NCBI GenBank assembly: GCA_014905635.1
Contig: JABVCE010000004.1
Location: forward strand, 744,001 to 808,000
Reading direction: 5' to 3'
Length of the DNA: 64,000 nucleotides
DNA from: Scenedesmus sp. PABB004
Lineage: Eukaryota
Below, piece after piece: positions 1 to 15,824 of this stretch. The position numbers and the translations under genes are program-made. Each line of letters opens with the position of its first letter. Position 1 is the stretch's first letter. The notes under the pieces were generated by a model. It did no database searches, had not been told where the DNA came from, and worked only from the letters and a program-made list of their open reading frames with translations.

Positions 1-2718
<2,718 letters not shown>

Positions 2719-3703
2719 CAACTGCGGGCGCCGCCGCTGCTGTCGCTGTCGCGCGCGCGCCGGGCGGACTCAGGCATGCGCGGGGCGGTCGGGTCAAGGC
2801 AGAGGTCCCACGATGCCGTCAGTGCGGCGGGGGGAGCTGCTGCTGCTGGGCTGGCGCGCAGCGGGCGGCGGCAGCGGACGCGCCGGCGGTTGGGCCTCCG
2901 CCCGCGATCGCTGGGGCTGGTGCTGGGCGCGGCTGCCGCGCGGGACGGCGCGTGGCGGGGTGTTGTGGCGGGGCGGGCGGCTGGGAGGGCACAGGCGCGC
3001 GCCGATCCGATCGGTTGAACCGCTCGTGACAGCTGCACACGATTCGCGCGTCACGAATGCGCGGCGCTGTCCGCGACGACGGACTGCGTGCGGCGGAGAG
3101 ATTGCCACGTGGACAGGCTCACGGCACCACGATGCCGTTGGCTGCAGCCACCGGCGATCGGTGCTGCGCGCGGCGGCCGCCCGCGCGCACTGCTCCGCGC
3201 CGCACACACGTTCCGCTGCTTCGTCGCCCAGACCGCGTGCACACCGTCCCACAGGATCTGCTGCCGCACCGAGCGCGCCGAGCGCGTGGTGTGAGGGGCG
3301 CCCGGCGGCCGGCGCCGCGCGGCGCGGCGCCGCCGCTGCGAGCGCCCCCGGCCTGCCAGCGCGGTGCGGTACAGTCTCGCTGCTTCAAGGAGCTGGAAGC
3401 GTCTGCTGCGGGGCAGCTCGCGCGCGGGAATGCGGGCAGCCACTGCCGGCACTACAGACGACCCATCTGCGCGCGCGCCCAGCTGCCCACGCGGGCTGCC
3501 TTGAGGCGCGTCGGGTGTTGCACCTTGCTCACAACCTACCCGACCCACTTGCGCGCCCATACGCCCGCCCCAGGCCGCAGCGCAGGCCTCGAAGCAGAAG
3601 GGCAGTAGGCCGCGCGCCACAGCCGGGTCTGCAGCTCCCGTCGCCCCTGGCCAGAGCTCTGCAGCACCCTCCGCGCCCGACGCGCGCGCTCGACCGCGCT
3701 GCC

Positions 3704-6054
3704 ATGGCGCGCGGCGCGCCCGCCCGCTGGGCGATGGCGGTGCTCGCGGTTGGCTGCCTCCTGCTCCTCGCGGGCGGTGCCACCGCCCAGGAGGCTGCTC
3801 CCGTGATGCCCGTGGCCACGCCAGCCACGCCGGCCGCGGACGCGGCCCCGGCGACGACCGCGCCCTCCACGCCCGAGGCGGTGCTGCCCGCGGCAGCCCA
3901 GCCAGCGGCGCAGGCGGCGCCCGAGACCACACAGGCGGCGCCCGCGACCACGCCCGAGCCTGCGGCGACGCCCGCGGAGGCGACGCCCGCTGCTGCGGCC
4001 GTCGCGGTCGCGGCCGTGCCCGCTGCGGCGGCGGCGCCCGCCGCGGCGGCGGAGGCCAAGCCCGCCGCTGAGGAGGCGAAGCCCGCTGAGGCAACCAAGC
4101 CCGCCGAGGAGGCCAAGCCCGTCGAGGAGGCCAAGCCCGCCGAGGAGGCCACGCCCGTCGTCGCCGAGCCCGTGCCCGCGCCCGTGCCGGTCGCGGCCGC
4201 GCCCGCGCCGCCGGCGGCGGACGAGCCCCAGGTCGACCCGCTGTGCAAGGCCGTGCCGGGCTGCCTCGCGTGCACGCCGCGCGGCGGCGCGCCGTCGTCG
4301 GGCACGTCGCGCAAGCTCATGCAGGGCGGGGCGGAGCCGAACCTGATGACCGCCAAGACGACGTCCGGCAAGCCGACCATCAACTTTGACGCTCTCGTCA
4401 ACTCGCCCTACGACAAGCCCGACCTCCCCGTCTGCACCTCCTGCGGCATCACGGGCTACACCATCGGCACCGCCGGCAAATGCAGTGAGCGCCGCCGCCC
4501 GCCCGCCGCCGCCGGGCCCCGCGGGCGCGCCGGCCGCACGGCCGCGCGCCCGCGGCGCCGTTCGCCGGGCCGCGCGAGCCGGCGCTGACCACGCCGCCCG
4601 CCCGCCCGCGTGCGTCCGCCGCCGCCAGACTGCCTGCCCGGCTACGGTGACCTGATGCCCAGCGGCACGTGCAACGTCTGCCCCGACGGCTTCATCTCCC
4701 TCGGCGGCCACCGCGCGGTGTGCGTGGAGTGCCAGAACGTGGCGTGGAGCAACCGCGACAACACCGCCTGCGGTGAGCGCGCGGCGCGGCGCGGCTCGGC
4801 TCGGCCCGGCGCAGCGCGGCGCGGCGCGCGGCGCACGGCCGCGCGCCCGAACGCCGCGCCCGCGCGCGCCCCGCCCCGCAGTGTGCGCGTCCGGCTGGTA
4901 CGGCTACACCAACATTGCGACCAAGCAGGCCACGTGCAACCAGTGCCCCGGCACGCGCCCCGTGTCCAAGGAGGGCGCGCGCTCCGCCGCCGAGTGCACC
5001 GCCTGCGCCGCCGGCACCGCGCCCAACGAGATCTTCAGCGGCTGCGGTGCGCACCCCCCGCGCGCACGCGCGCACGCGCGCACGCGCCCACGCGCACGCA
5101 CACGCGGCGCGACGCTGCCGCGGACGCCTGCTGCCTGCCAGCCGGCGCTGTGAACTCACCCTCCCGCCCGCGCCCGCCCGCGCCGCCGCAGTTACCGCCG
5201 TCGCCGCGCCGCCGCCGCCGCCGCGCACGCTGGCCGACGTGCTCAACGCGAGCGCGCCCGTGTCGGCGCCGCCGCCGCCGGTGCCCAAGGTCTACAACGC
5301 GTCGACCTTTGCCAACGCGAAGCAGGACTGGGCGCTGCAGTCGCGCTCGTCGACTGAGACCCAGGCCAACCCCTTCACCGAGCTGCTGGGAAGCGTGATG
5401 GACAGCCTCATCACTGGCAAGCAAGTCGCCTCGGGCGCCGCCACGCCCGGCGACCTGCTGTACAAGGTCATCTCCAAGCCCGCGCCCGAGGTGCCGCGCA
5501 TGGCCGAGATCGCCAACAACCTCGCCGGCCTCGCGAGCCTGCCCGGCGGGCAGCCGCTGACGCTCGAGACGCTCACCGCGCTCGGGTCGAGCCTCGGCGC
5601 GCTCGCCGGCGGCGCCGGCGGCGGCGCGGGCGGCGCCGGCGCGGGCGCGCTCGCGGCGCTGCCGCAGGTCGCGGCCGCGCTGGCCAAGCTGCAGGGCGGC
5701 GGCGCCGCGGGCGCGCCCGCCGGCGAGCTCAACGCCGGGCAGCTGCTCAACATGGCCGGCAGCGTGCTGAAGCAGCTCGACACCGCGTCCAAGCTCCGCG
5801 CCGGCGCGCCCGCGCCCGCGGCGCCGGCGCCGGCGTCCGGCGGCGGCCTGAACCAGCTGCTCGGCGCGGTCAGCGGCCTGAGCGGCCTGCTCAAGCCCGT
5901 CGCGACCGCGGCAGCGCCCGCGCCCGCCGCGCCCGTCGTGACGGCCGCGAGCGTGCTGGCCGACGCGGCCAAGACGGCGAGCGGGTTCGTCAAGGTGCCC
6001 GGCGTGGCGCCCAAGAGCTCCACCGGCTTCAAGCTCCCCGGCCTCGGCAAGTGA
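3704..6054 (+). CDS. Secreted Ala/Pro/Glu-rich protein with Cys-rich (GCC2/GCC3- or ephrin-receptor-like) modules; 4 exons
   Basis: Signal peptide MARGAPARWAMAVLAVGCLLLLAGGATAQ; EAKPAEE repeats; Cys modules CLPGYG..CNVCPDGF..CVEC and CASGWYG..CNQCPG..ECTACAAGT; stop TGA at 6052-6054. Confidence 0.75.
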
Positions 6055-7143
6055 GCGCGGGCCGGCGCTCGCCGGCGGCCGCGAGTCGCGTCGATGGGCG
6101 GCGACGGGGCGGGACACACCGCGCGCGCGGGGCGAACTGCGGGGAGGCGGCGCACGCTGTAGGAGTAGGAGTAGGCCCTAGGCTAGGCGGCTGGTGCATC
6201 GACTGGTAGCTAGCTAGGACCTAGGCGCAGGCCGAGCGGGCGGGGGGCGGGCACAATAAAGGGAGGGCTGGAGCAAGCGAGCAACACAGAGAGTCCAGGC
6301 CACACACACGCAGTGCGCCGCGCCCAGGCTCGGACCTGCGCGCGCCTCCCCTCCCCCTCTGCCGACGCCCCCCTGTCACACACACACACGTCACACAGAA
6401 GCAGCCCGCTCTTGCAGCAGGCGATCGCCCAGACGACGACACGACCAGCCGCGGCACACGTTTGACGCTCACACGGGGCCCCCAAACAACCGGCCCACAG
6501 GCGCCGGCGCGGGCGCTGGCGGTCCAGAGGGCCCGCTTCCCACGCTCACTGACCCACGGACGAAGGCCGACGACCTCGCTTCACACGCGAGCCCCACCAA
6601 CTCTGCAGCCACAAAACACAACACCCACGCCGGCACGACGGCCAACTCCGCCCTTAACACACAGCGCGGCGCCCGCACGGCGCCCACGCCCCCCCCCCCC
6701 TCCCTCAGCTCTCCCCAAAGCGATGCCCCAGCCTCGCGCCGGGTGGCGCCGGGCCAGGGCGGCGGCTGCAGCGGCGCGCGCGCGCCGCGGGTGCCGCCGC
6801 CGGCCCGGGCCTGCGGCCGGTGGGACTACTAAGTGTGTGCGCTGCGCGTGTGTGCACGTGCCGGGCTGGTCGCGCCGCGCACGCGCGGCAGGGGGCAACA
6901 ACAACAACTCTTGTAGAGTGGAGGCGGTGGCGGCGCCGGGGCGCCGCCGCCGCCCACGACAATGCAGCGACACAACCACCAGCCACCACGGCAGTGCCGC
7001 ACACGCGGTCCTGGAGGCTTCGCCGCCGTGCCCCAGCCCCACGCCCCCCCCCCTAGCCGCCCCCCTTAACCCACGTTACCCAGCCAGCCGGCGCGGCCGG
7101 CGCGCCCGCTGGGGCGGGTGCGCCGCGCCGCGCCGGCGCGGCT

Positions 7144-7171
7144 CTCAGGGCTCAGGGCTCAGGGTTCAGGG
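7144..7171. repeat. Degenerate telomere-like heptamer tract (CTCAGGG)3 TTCAGGG
   Basis: Four tandem 7-mers resembling TTTAGGG, overlapping the BTB gene stop codon. Confidence 0.5.
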
Positions 7172-9110
7172 CAGGTAGCGTCGCAGCATGGTGTCGCCGG
7201 AGTAGATCGAGAGCGCGCCGCCGCCGCCGGCGCGGCCCGGCAGCGCGACGGCGGCGACCTCGGTGCCGCGGAAGAGCGTGACGTTCCAGTGGAGGTGCCG
7301 GAAGCTCGGCAGCTCGAGGCGCGGCGCGCCGGGGACCTCCGCGCCGTTGACCTTGAGGCAGAGCCGGCTGGTGCCGCCGAGCTCGACCAGCAGCTGCACG
7401 AGGTCGCCGTCGCGCCAGAGCGGCGCGCCGCCGCCGGGCGCGCCGGGCGCGGGGGCCTGGCGCCAGCCGAAGCAGGGGATCTGCGTGCCGACCTGGTCGA
7501 GGTGGTTCGCGCTCGTCACGCCCAGGAACGCGCCGCTCAGGCCCGCGCTGGGCCGCGTGACGACGCTGAGGACGAGCAGCTGCCGCCCCGCGCTCGCACT
7601 CACAAACAGGTCAAACGGCTCCGCCCCGCCGCCGCTGCCGGCGGCGGCGCCGGCGGCGGCGCCGCTGCTGCTGCCGGCGGCGGCGGCGACGTCCGCCTCG
7701 GTGAGCACGCTCACGCGGAGCGGCGCGACCAGGCCCGCCGCACCCAGCCCCGCTGGCAGCGGCGGGCTGGTGCGGAGGTAATAGTAGGCCGACTGCGCGG
7801 GCTCGCCGCCGCTGGCGGGCGGCGGCGGCGCGGGCGGCGCCGCGCCGCGCGGCGCGCGGGCGGCGCCAGGCGGCGGCGGCGGGTGGCCCGCCGCGCCGGG
7901 GCGGCTCGGGGCGTAGTGCTTGGCGGGCGCGCGCGGGCGCTGGCCGCCGCAGCTCGACGCGCCGCCTGCCGGCTGCCGCGGGCGCGTGAGCTGCTGCTGC
8001 GTCGACGCCCACTGGCTGGCGCCGCCAGCGCCCGCGGCAGGCCGGCTGGCGTAGGGCGACGCCGGCGAGGGCCTGCGGGAGACGGGCGCGGCGCATGGGC
8101 GCATGAGCCGCCGCGCGCCGCGGCCAGCACGCCTCGCCGCCGAGGGCGCGCCCCGTGCCCCGCGCCCTGCCTGTGCACGCGCACGCGCACGCGCGCGCAC
8201 GCACCTGTGGCCGCCCCCGCTCGGGGCCGCGCCCGCCGCCGCGGCGCCGCCGTAGTGCAGGCCGCTCGCCGAGGCGCCGAGGCCGCCGCCGCTGATGGCC
8301 GCGCCGCGCGCGGTGGCCGAGCTGATGGCGCCCTCGTCAATCTGCAGCCCGAGGTACTGCGCCAGCGAGCGGAAGGGCCCCGCGTCGGCGGGCGGGATGG
8401 GCGGCAGCAGCACCGACGTGCTGCAGCCTGCGCGCGGGCGACGGCGGCGGCGCGGGCGCGGGCGGGCGGTTGGCGTGCGCCGGCGGCGGCGGCACAGGGC
8501 GGGCGCGGCACGCGCGTCGCTGGCGCGCCGGCCGTCTGCCGCGGCGCCGCTGGCTGCTCCCTGCCGGAGCGCGCCCTGCCGGGGCGCGCCATTTCGCTGG
8601 CCGCGACGCGCGGCACGCCGCACCTCCCGAGACCTTGAGCTCGCGGAGGTAGCGCAGCACGAGGCTCATGGCGCTGGGGTCGTAGTCGAAGAAGGGCCGC
8701 CCCGAGGCGTCCTTGAGCAGCAGCGACGCGTTGGCGGGGTCAAACAGGAGGTGCAGCAGCGAGCCGCGGACCTGGCGCAGCGTGGAGCGGCTGGTGACCA
8801 TGATCGCGCCGCCGACGTTGAGCTCCAGGATGTCGGCGTCGCTCGGGTGCGGCTCCGCGTGCAGCACGCGCTGGCGGCGCAGCCAGGTGCGGTGCGCCTC
8901 GAGCGTCGATGACGGCGCGCCACGCCCGCCGCCCTCTCCGGGCGACGCCCGCGCCGCCACGGCGCCGCGCGCGCGCCGCCGGCACGGCCCGGACGCTGAC
9001 GGCGTCATGACCTGCTGCCTGGCGGCTCCAGCGCGGGCCGCAGGGGCCGCGGCCGGCTGCTCAGCGGTGCGAGGGCCCGCCCGGGCGACACGCCGCTCGA
9101 GGGCCTGCAT
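7166..9110 (-). CDS. BTB/POZ (KCTD/T1-type) domain protein; 3 exons
   Basis: ILELNVGGAIMVTSRSTLRQVRGSLLHLLFD...DASGRPFFDYDPSAMSLVLRYLR matches the T1-type BTB pattern; beta-rich C-terminal region ends DTMLRRYLP. Confidence 0.8.
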
Positions 9111-9699
9111 CCCGGCGCTCGCGCCCGCCAGCTGCGCTCCGGGCTGCGAGGGCGAGCGATCCGGTCGACCGGGCACGCGCGGGCACGCGTTTTCGAAACA
9201 GATTCCAGGCTTTGTGCGCGACGCGATGGTCGCCAACGCCCGCACCCGCGCGCCGGGCGCGGCGCGGGCGCGGCGGGCGTCCCGCGCGGCTCCCACCTGC
9301 AGCGGACGAGCGGCGCCGGCGCCCGGGGCGCACGATCTGGCTGCCTCCGCGCGGGCGCTAGCGGCAGCGGCGGGGCGGCGGCGGGTGCAGGAGCGTGCGC
9401 ATGCGGCGCGCGGCGCGCGCTGGGAGCCCGCCTGGAGTATGGGCGCGAGGGCCGCGGGCGGACGGCTGGGCGCGCCGCGCGGCGGCTGCGGCGGAGCGGG
9501 ATATTTTTCGTCGCGACAGACGCGCCCCGCGACCGGCGGCGCCGCTCCCTGGGGTCTGCACACCTCCGCCGGCCGGACGCCTAACGCTGCGTTGTGCGTG
9601 CGGCAGCCCGCCCAAGCCGGCGGCCTACGGCGCGAGCGGTTGCGGGCGTGCGAAGCGGCGCCGCGCGCGGGCAGGGGGCCGCCCTCGGCCCGCGCCGCC

Positions 9700-12686
9700 A
9701 TGGCGGACCGGGAGGCGATCAAGGAGCACTACAACCAGCACGTCGCCGACGGCATCACAACCGCGCAGGCGCGCGCGGCGCGGGCGACAGCAGCGGCGGC
9801 GGCGGCGGCCGGGCGCCGCCGCCCGCAGCAGCAGCCACCGCCGCCGCCGGCCCCTGCCGTGCTCAAGGCCCGCTTCCGCCGCAGGCGCTGCGCGCGCGGC
9901 GCGACGGGCCGGCGGCGCCGCTGAAGCGGTTCCACAACGACATCAAGCGCCGCCTCATCTACAGGTCCGCGCCACGCGCTGCCGGGCTGCCAGCCAGCGG
10001 CTGCGCCGCAGCTGGGGCTGCCGCCGCCGCAGCAGCGGGCGCAGCAGCAGGCACGGCCGCGCGCGCCGCCCGCGGCGAGCGCGCGCCACCGCCGTACTCG
10101 CCGGCGCCGCAGGTTTGCGCACCGCGCCGAGGCGCTGCTGGACTACGCCTGCGGCCGCGGCGGCGACCTGCAGAAGTGGACCTCGGCGCAGGCGCGCGCG
10201 CGCGCCTGATCGCCCGCGCGGGGCGCGGCCGGCCCTAGCGCCAGTGGCGGCGCTCGCACGTCGCCACGCGGCGGCGCGGCGCGAGCGCCCCGGGCGGCGC
10301 CGGCACGCGCGCGCAGGTGCAATACGTCAAGGGCCTGGACCTCTCGCCGCGCGAGGTCGAGGAGGCGCGGCGGCGCTACGCCGAGCTGCTGGCCAAGGAC
10401 CCGGGTGCCGTTGGCGGCGGCGGGCCCGCGCGCCAGCAGCCGCGGCCGCCGCGAGCCGGCGCGCGCCGCGCCTGCCCTGGCCCTGCCACTCCCTCACCCG
10501 CTGCCGCGCGTGCGCGCAGGCTGCCGGCTGACGGCCGAGTTTGAGCAGACGGACCACCTGGGGCTGTCGGTCGTGGCCGAGAGCCGTCAGTTTGACGTCA
10601 TAACGGTCATGTTTGCGCTGCACTACTTCTTTGAGGCCGAGCAGACCCTCGCCACGCTGCTCGAGACGGTCGCGCTCAACCTCAAGCCGGGTGAGGGGGC
10701 TCGGCCGCGGGGCCCGCGCGACCGCCGTCGCGGCCGGCCCGCGGCCCGCGGCCCGCGCGACGCGGCGGCGCCAGGCGGGAGGGCGCCGCAGGCGCCGCGC
10801 GCGGGGGCGGGGCGCCGAGGCGGCGCCGCGCCCGTCCGCGCAGGCGGCTACCTGATCGGGTGCGTGCCCGACGGCAAGCGCGTCAAGGCGCACCTGCTCG
10901 CCGCCGGCGGGCTGCTGCAGCAGCCGCACCTCGTCCTCAAGCAGGCCTGGGAGGTGCGCCGCCGCCGACCCGCGCCCCGCACCCCGCGCCGCGCGCCGCG
11001 CGTCACACAGCCGCGCCCCGCAACGCCGTCCCGCGCCCCACGCCGTCCTGCGCCCCACGCCGTCCCGCGCCCCGCGGGTCCAGGGCAAGGAGAGTCCCTT
11101 TGGGTCGGCGTATGTGATGGAGATCCCGGACACCGTGGTTGAGGGCCACGAGGGCCTCACCGAGGGCAGCCACGAGTTCCTGGTCTTTGAGAAGGTCCTC
11201 CTCGGCGTCGCCAAGAAGCACGGCCTCCACCCGGTGCGGCGCCGGGGCGCAGCCGCACCGCCTGCGCTGCGCGCTGCGGGGCGCCGCGCCGCCCACGCCG
11301 CGGGGGGCGCCGGCAGGTGCTCAACTACAACGACCCCGCCCTGGACGCGCTGTTCGAGGAGGTGCGCCGCCGCGGCTGCGCGCGCCGCCGCGCCTGCCGC
11401 AGCGCCGCAGCTGACCCTCCCGCACCCAGCCCCGCCACCCACACACGCGCACACACGCACGCCCACACCCACACCCACGCACCAACCAACCATGCCCGCG
11501 TGTGTGCGCGCAGGGTGACGCAGGCAAGGCCACGAAGCACTTTAACCCCCGCTACCCGCCCACCACCGACGCCAGCCTCGCCCTGGTGCGGCCGCGGCGG
11601 CCGCGGCGGCACGCCCTGGCGCGGCCGGAGCGCGCCTCGGCGCCACACGTGCGGCGCGCACGCGGGCGCGCCGCTCACCGCGCGGCGCGGCGCGGCGTCG
11701 GCCCGCAGGCGTCGCGGCTGTACATGGCGTTTGTGCTGCAGAAGGTGGCCGGGCCGGGCGACGTCTTTGCGCCGCCCCTGCCGCCGCCGGAGCGCGGCGG
11801 CGGCGGCGGCGGCGGTGGCAGGGGCGGCGGGCGGCCGCAGCAGCAGCCGCAGCAGCAGCAGCAATCGGCGCGGCCGCGCCGCTCGCCGACGCGGGAGGAG
11901 CGCTGGGCGGCCGCAGAGGCGGGCGGCGGCGCGTCGCAGCAGGCGCCAGCGCAGCAGGCGCCGGCGCAGGCGCTGCCGCCGCCGCAGCAGCCGCAGTGGC
12001 AGGAGGGCGGCGGCGGCGGGCGCGGCGGCGGGCGCGGCGGCGGGCGGCGCGCCAAGGTGCGGGCGAGGGCGCGTGCGGCATGCGCCGCGCTCACCCGCGC
12101 GTGCCTCACACGCGCCGCGCCGCGCGCAGTCCGACTGGTCGCTGCCGTACCGCGCGGTCGCGCTTCCGCCGGGCGAGATGCCGTCGGCGTGCTTCAACGT
12201 CAAGCCCGCCAACCTCGCGGCGCGCGAGGCCAAGGGCCGCTTCGTGGTGCGGCCGCCGGAGCTGCCGTTCTGGCCCGGCCCGGTGCAGTACGACGCGGCC
12301 GGCAACGCAACGTACACGCAGCTCCCCGACGGCAGCTGGGTGTCCAGCTACTACGACGAGTTGAACTTCCACGCCGCGCAGGCGGCCGCCGCCGCCGCCG
12401 CCGCGGCTGCAGCGGGCCGCGGCGGCGAGCCCGCGGCGCACGCGGCGCACGCGCCGCCGCCGCCGCCGCAGCAGCAGCAGCGGCCGCCGCCGCAGCCGGC
12501 GGCGGCGCACCAGCAGCAGCCGCCGCGGGCGCAGTCGCCGCCGCGGGCGCAGTCGCCGCCGGCGCCGGCGTACCCCCAGCCGCCCAAGCCGGCGGGCGCG
12601 GCGCAGGCGCCCCCTGCAGACGCGGGCGGCGACGCGCCCGCGGCGGCCGAGGCGGACGGCGATGGCGCGGGTGGCGCCGGCGGCGT

Positions 12687-12717
<31 letters not shown>

Positions 12718-13085
12718 AGGGAGGCGGCCGCGGCGGCGGACGCGGACGGCGAGGCCGCAGCGGACGTCGCGTCGCCCGGGCGCGGCGGCAGGGGCCGCGG
12801 CCGCGGCCGCGCGGCGGGCGGCGCCAAGCGCGGCCGGGACGGCGCCGCGGGCGACGCCGGCGACGGGGGCGCGGGCGCGGGCGAGCAGCAGCCGGCCAAG
12901 CGCGCCGCGCCGCCGCGCGGGGGCGGCAGGGCCGGCGGCGCCGGCGGCGGCGGCGGGGGCGCGGCATGCTGGCCCGCGGCCCCGCGCTGGACCCGCTCGG
13001 CTACAAGGCGGCCGGCGCCGTCGTGCTCTCGCCGGAGCAGGTGGCGGCGTTCGCGGAGCTGGGACCCGCGTACGCCGACGCGTGA
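9700..13085 (+). CDS. mRNA cap guanine-N7 methyltransferase (RNMT/Abd1 family) with long low-complexity C-terminal extension; multi-exon
   Basis: IKEHYN, LKRFHNDIKRRLI, LLDYACGRGGDLQKW, FDVITVMFALHYFF, NLKPGGYLIGCVPD, EFLVF, ASRLYMAFVLQK. The 3' end assumes a 1-nt indel at about 12955. Confidence 0.88.
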
Positions 13086-13362
13086 GCGAGAGCGAGAGGC
13101 CGCGCCGCGCTGCGGCAACGCGACGAGGTGGCGTCGTTCGGACGGCGGTCCGCGCGCGCGCCAGGCCGCTGCCGCCGGGCTGGGGCCCGCGCCGCGGGGC
13201 CGCCCAGTCCCGTGCTTCCCGTGGTCGCAGTGCCAGCCTCGTCGCCCCGCTGTCGCCTCACACGCGCGCACCAGCCCGCCAGCGTCGACTGCTGCTCGCG
13301 CCAGCCCGCCAGCTCGCGCGCCGCCCAGCTCTCGCTCCCGCAGGCCGCGTGCCGACGCAGCG

Positions 13363-15205
13363 ATGCCGCGCCCCAAGCGGGCGGCGGCGAAGGCCGCGAA
13401 GCGCGCCAGCGAGCTGCTGAACGACTCCGAAGACGACGCCAGCCCGCCCCGCCCCGCCAAGCGCGCCGGCCGCAAGGAGCGCGTGCGGGTGTGGTGGGAG
13501 CCGACGGCGGACCCCAAGCGCACGGGCTTCTCGGGCGCGTTCTGGTGCGGCGACGGCCGCAGCGCGCCGCGGCGGGCGGCGCCGCTCGCCTGGCGCGGCG
13601 CGTCCGGGCGCGGGCGGGGCCGGCCAGCTTCCCCGGCGGCCTCGACGCGGTGCCTCGCCGCCGGATCAGGCGGGCCGGGAGCTGACGCGCCGCGACGCGT
13701 GCCGTTGTTGGCGGCGGCGCCGCCGCTGCGCTGCCGAGCAGGCCCGCCAACATCGTGCGGCGCACCGACAGCAAGGTCTGGGTCGAGTACGACAACGGCG
13801 AGATCGAGGAGACCAAGGCAGACAACATCTTCCCCATCGCCGTGCCGATCAACTTTGGCGAGGGCTTCGAGCTGCACCCGCCGCTAGAGGCGCGCAGCCG
13901 GCTGCGCCGCGGCCGGCCGGCTGCGCCGCCGCGGCGCCCCCCCCCCCCCCCGTCGGCGCAGCGCGTGCGCGCCGCCGCACGTGCAAGCGCGGCGCCCCGC
14001 GCCGCGCACAGGTCGGCGAGTTCGTCGAGGTTTCAAACGACAGCGCGACCGACCCCTGCGCCTGGCTCGGCTGCGTCGCGGCGCTGCCCGGCCCCGGCCA
14101 GCGCAAGTACCTGGTGCGCGCCGCGGCGGCGGCACACCGCGCCGTGTGCCGGGCCTGCTGCACGCCGCCGCCGCCAAACCCTGCCGTGCTGGGCGCTCTG
14201 CTGCGCGCTGTGCTGCCGCCGCCCCGCCAGATTGACTACCCCTTCCATGACTCGCCCTCCGAGTACATCAAGGTGCCCCGCAGCGCAGCGCAGCGCAGCG
14301 CAGCGCAGCGGCGTGGCCCGCGCGCGGCGGCCGCGCCAGCGCGTCGCGCGCGCGCCGGCGCGGCGGTCACGCCCGCCCCCGCCCCCGCGCGCGCCGCCGC
14401 CGCCACCACCGCAGCTGGAGCTGCTGCGCCGCGCGCTCGTGTGGGAGTACGACTCAGCAGAGTGGAAGTACATCGAGGCGGGGCAGGCCTGGAACGCGGG
14501 CGAGGTGTGCGGCGCGCGGCCGCGCCGCTGCCTCGGGGCGCGCCGCCGCTGCCGCCGCGCAGTGCCCGCCGCGCAGTGCCCGCCGCCCACCCCGCCGCCG
14601 CCGCCGCCGCTGCTGCTCACACTGCCCGCAGGTCGTGTCGCCCATGGAGCTCACGCTGCTGGAGGAGGATGACTACTTCGACCGCATGGCACAGGTGGGG
14701 CTGGGCAACTGGGGCGGGCGCGCGGCAGCTGCGGGGGCGCGGCAGCTGCGCGGGCGCGTCACCGCGCCGCCCGGCCCGCCGCGCTGCCCCCGCAGGCCGC
14801 CAGGGGCGGCAAGGGCGGCAGGGGCGGGGCCAAGGGCGGCGCCAGGGGCGGCGCCAGGGGCGGCGGCCAGGCCGCGCGGGGGCGGGCGCGGCGCGCGTCG
14901 GCGCCGCCGCCGCCGCCCGAGTCGGAGGAGCCGGTGACGGAGAGCCACAGCGAGGACGCGCCGCAGCCCGCGCGCCGGCAGAGCGGCGCGCGCACGCGCG
15001 GGCACAAGCCCGCGCGCCCCACGCGCGCCGCCGTGGACGACGGCAGCGGCGGCGGCCGCCGCGGCGCGCAGGGCACGCGGCGCGGCACCCGCAAGCGCAA
15101 GCCGTCGTCCGTGCGGCAGGTGGGCGGGGCGTGTGCGGCGCACGCGCCGGCCCTAGCGCAGCGCTGACCGCGCCGCCCCGCCTGCCGTGCGCGCTGCAGG
15201 CGTGA
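13363..15205 (+). CDS. Agenet/Tudor-like domain nuclear protein; multi-exon
   Basis: RVRVWW..FWPANIVRRTDSKVWVEYDNGEIEE and VGEFVEVSNDS..AWLGCV..YLIDYP..LRRALVW resemble tandem Tudor/Agenet domains; basic NLS-like termini. Confidence 0.65.
14281..14310. repeat. (CAGCG)6 pentanucleotide microsatellite, intronic
   Basis: Directly visible. Confidence 0.9.
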
Positions 15206-15824
15206 GGCTGCTGGCGAGCGCGGGGCCGGACTGCGCGGCTGCCGGGCGGCAGCGGCTGGGCGGCGGCTGACAGGGGCGGGGTGTCAAGGGGCGGGGCACG
15301 ACGGGGGGCCAGCGACGGACTTGACCACGGGAGGCCCCTGACAACCATCGACGCGGCACTTGATTGAACGCGCGGCGCCGCCTGCGCGCCGTCACGCACC
15401 CACTCCATGCGCGGCGCTGACGGCAGGCGCCGACGAAGACGGCGCCGCGGCGGCAGCCCCCGCGCTGCGGCCGCACGCGCTGCGCGGCCTCGCACTGGCT
15501 TCGGACAACCTCGGGGGCGGCCCGCCGCGGAGCTGCGAATGCTCCCGCGCCCGCCGGGCTGACGCGGTGAAAAGGCCCTGCCTCTCACCGGCTCGGCGGC
15601 AGAGCGCTCGCAACATTACCGTCGCCCCGCGCGCGCCACGCCCGCCAGGGGCCAGCGGTCAGGGGGCGCTCCGCCGCGAGACGATCTTATCACGCGGGGT
15701 GCGTCTAGACGCACCCCTGTGCTCCACGCCCGCCCGCCGCCTAGGCCTATAGTACAAAGCCGCAGCTGCGTCCGCGAGCGCGCCGCCCGCGCAGCCGCTG
15801 CTGCGCGCGGCGCCCGCGCTCGGC

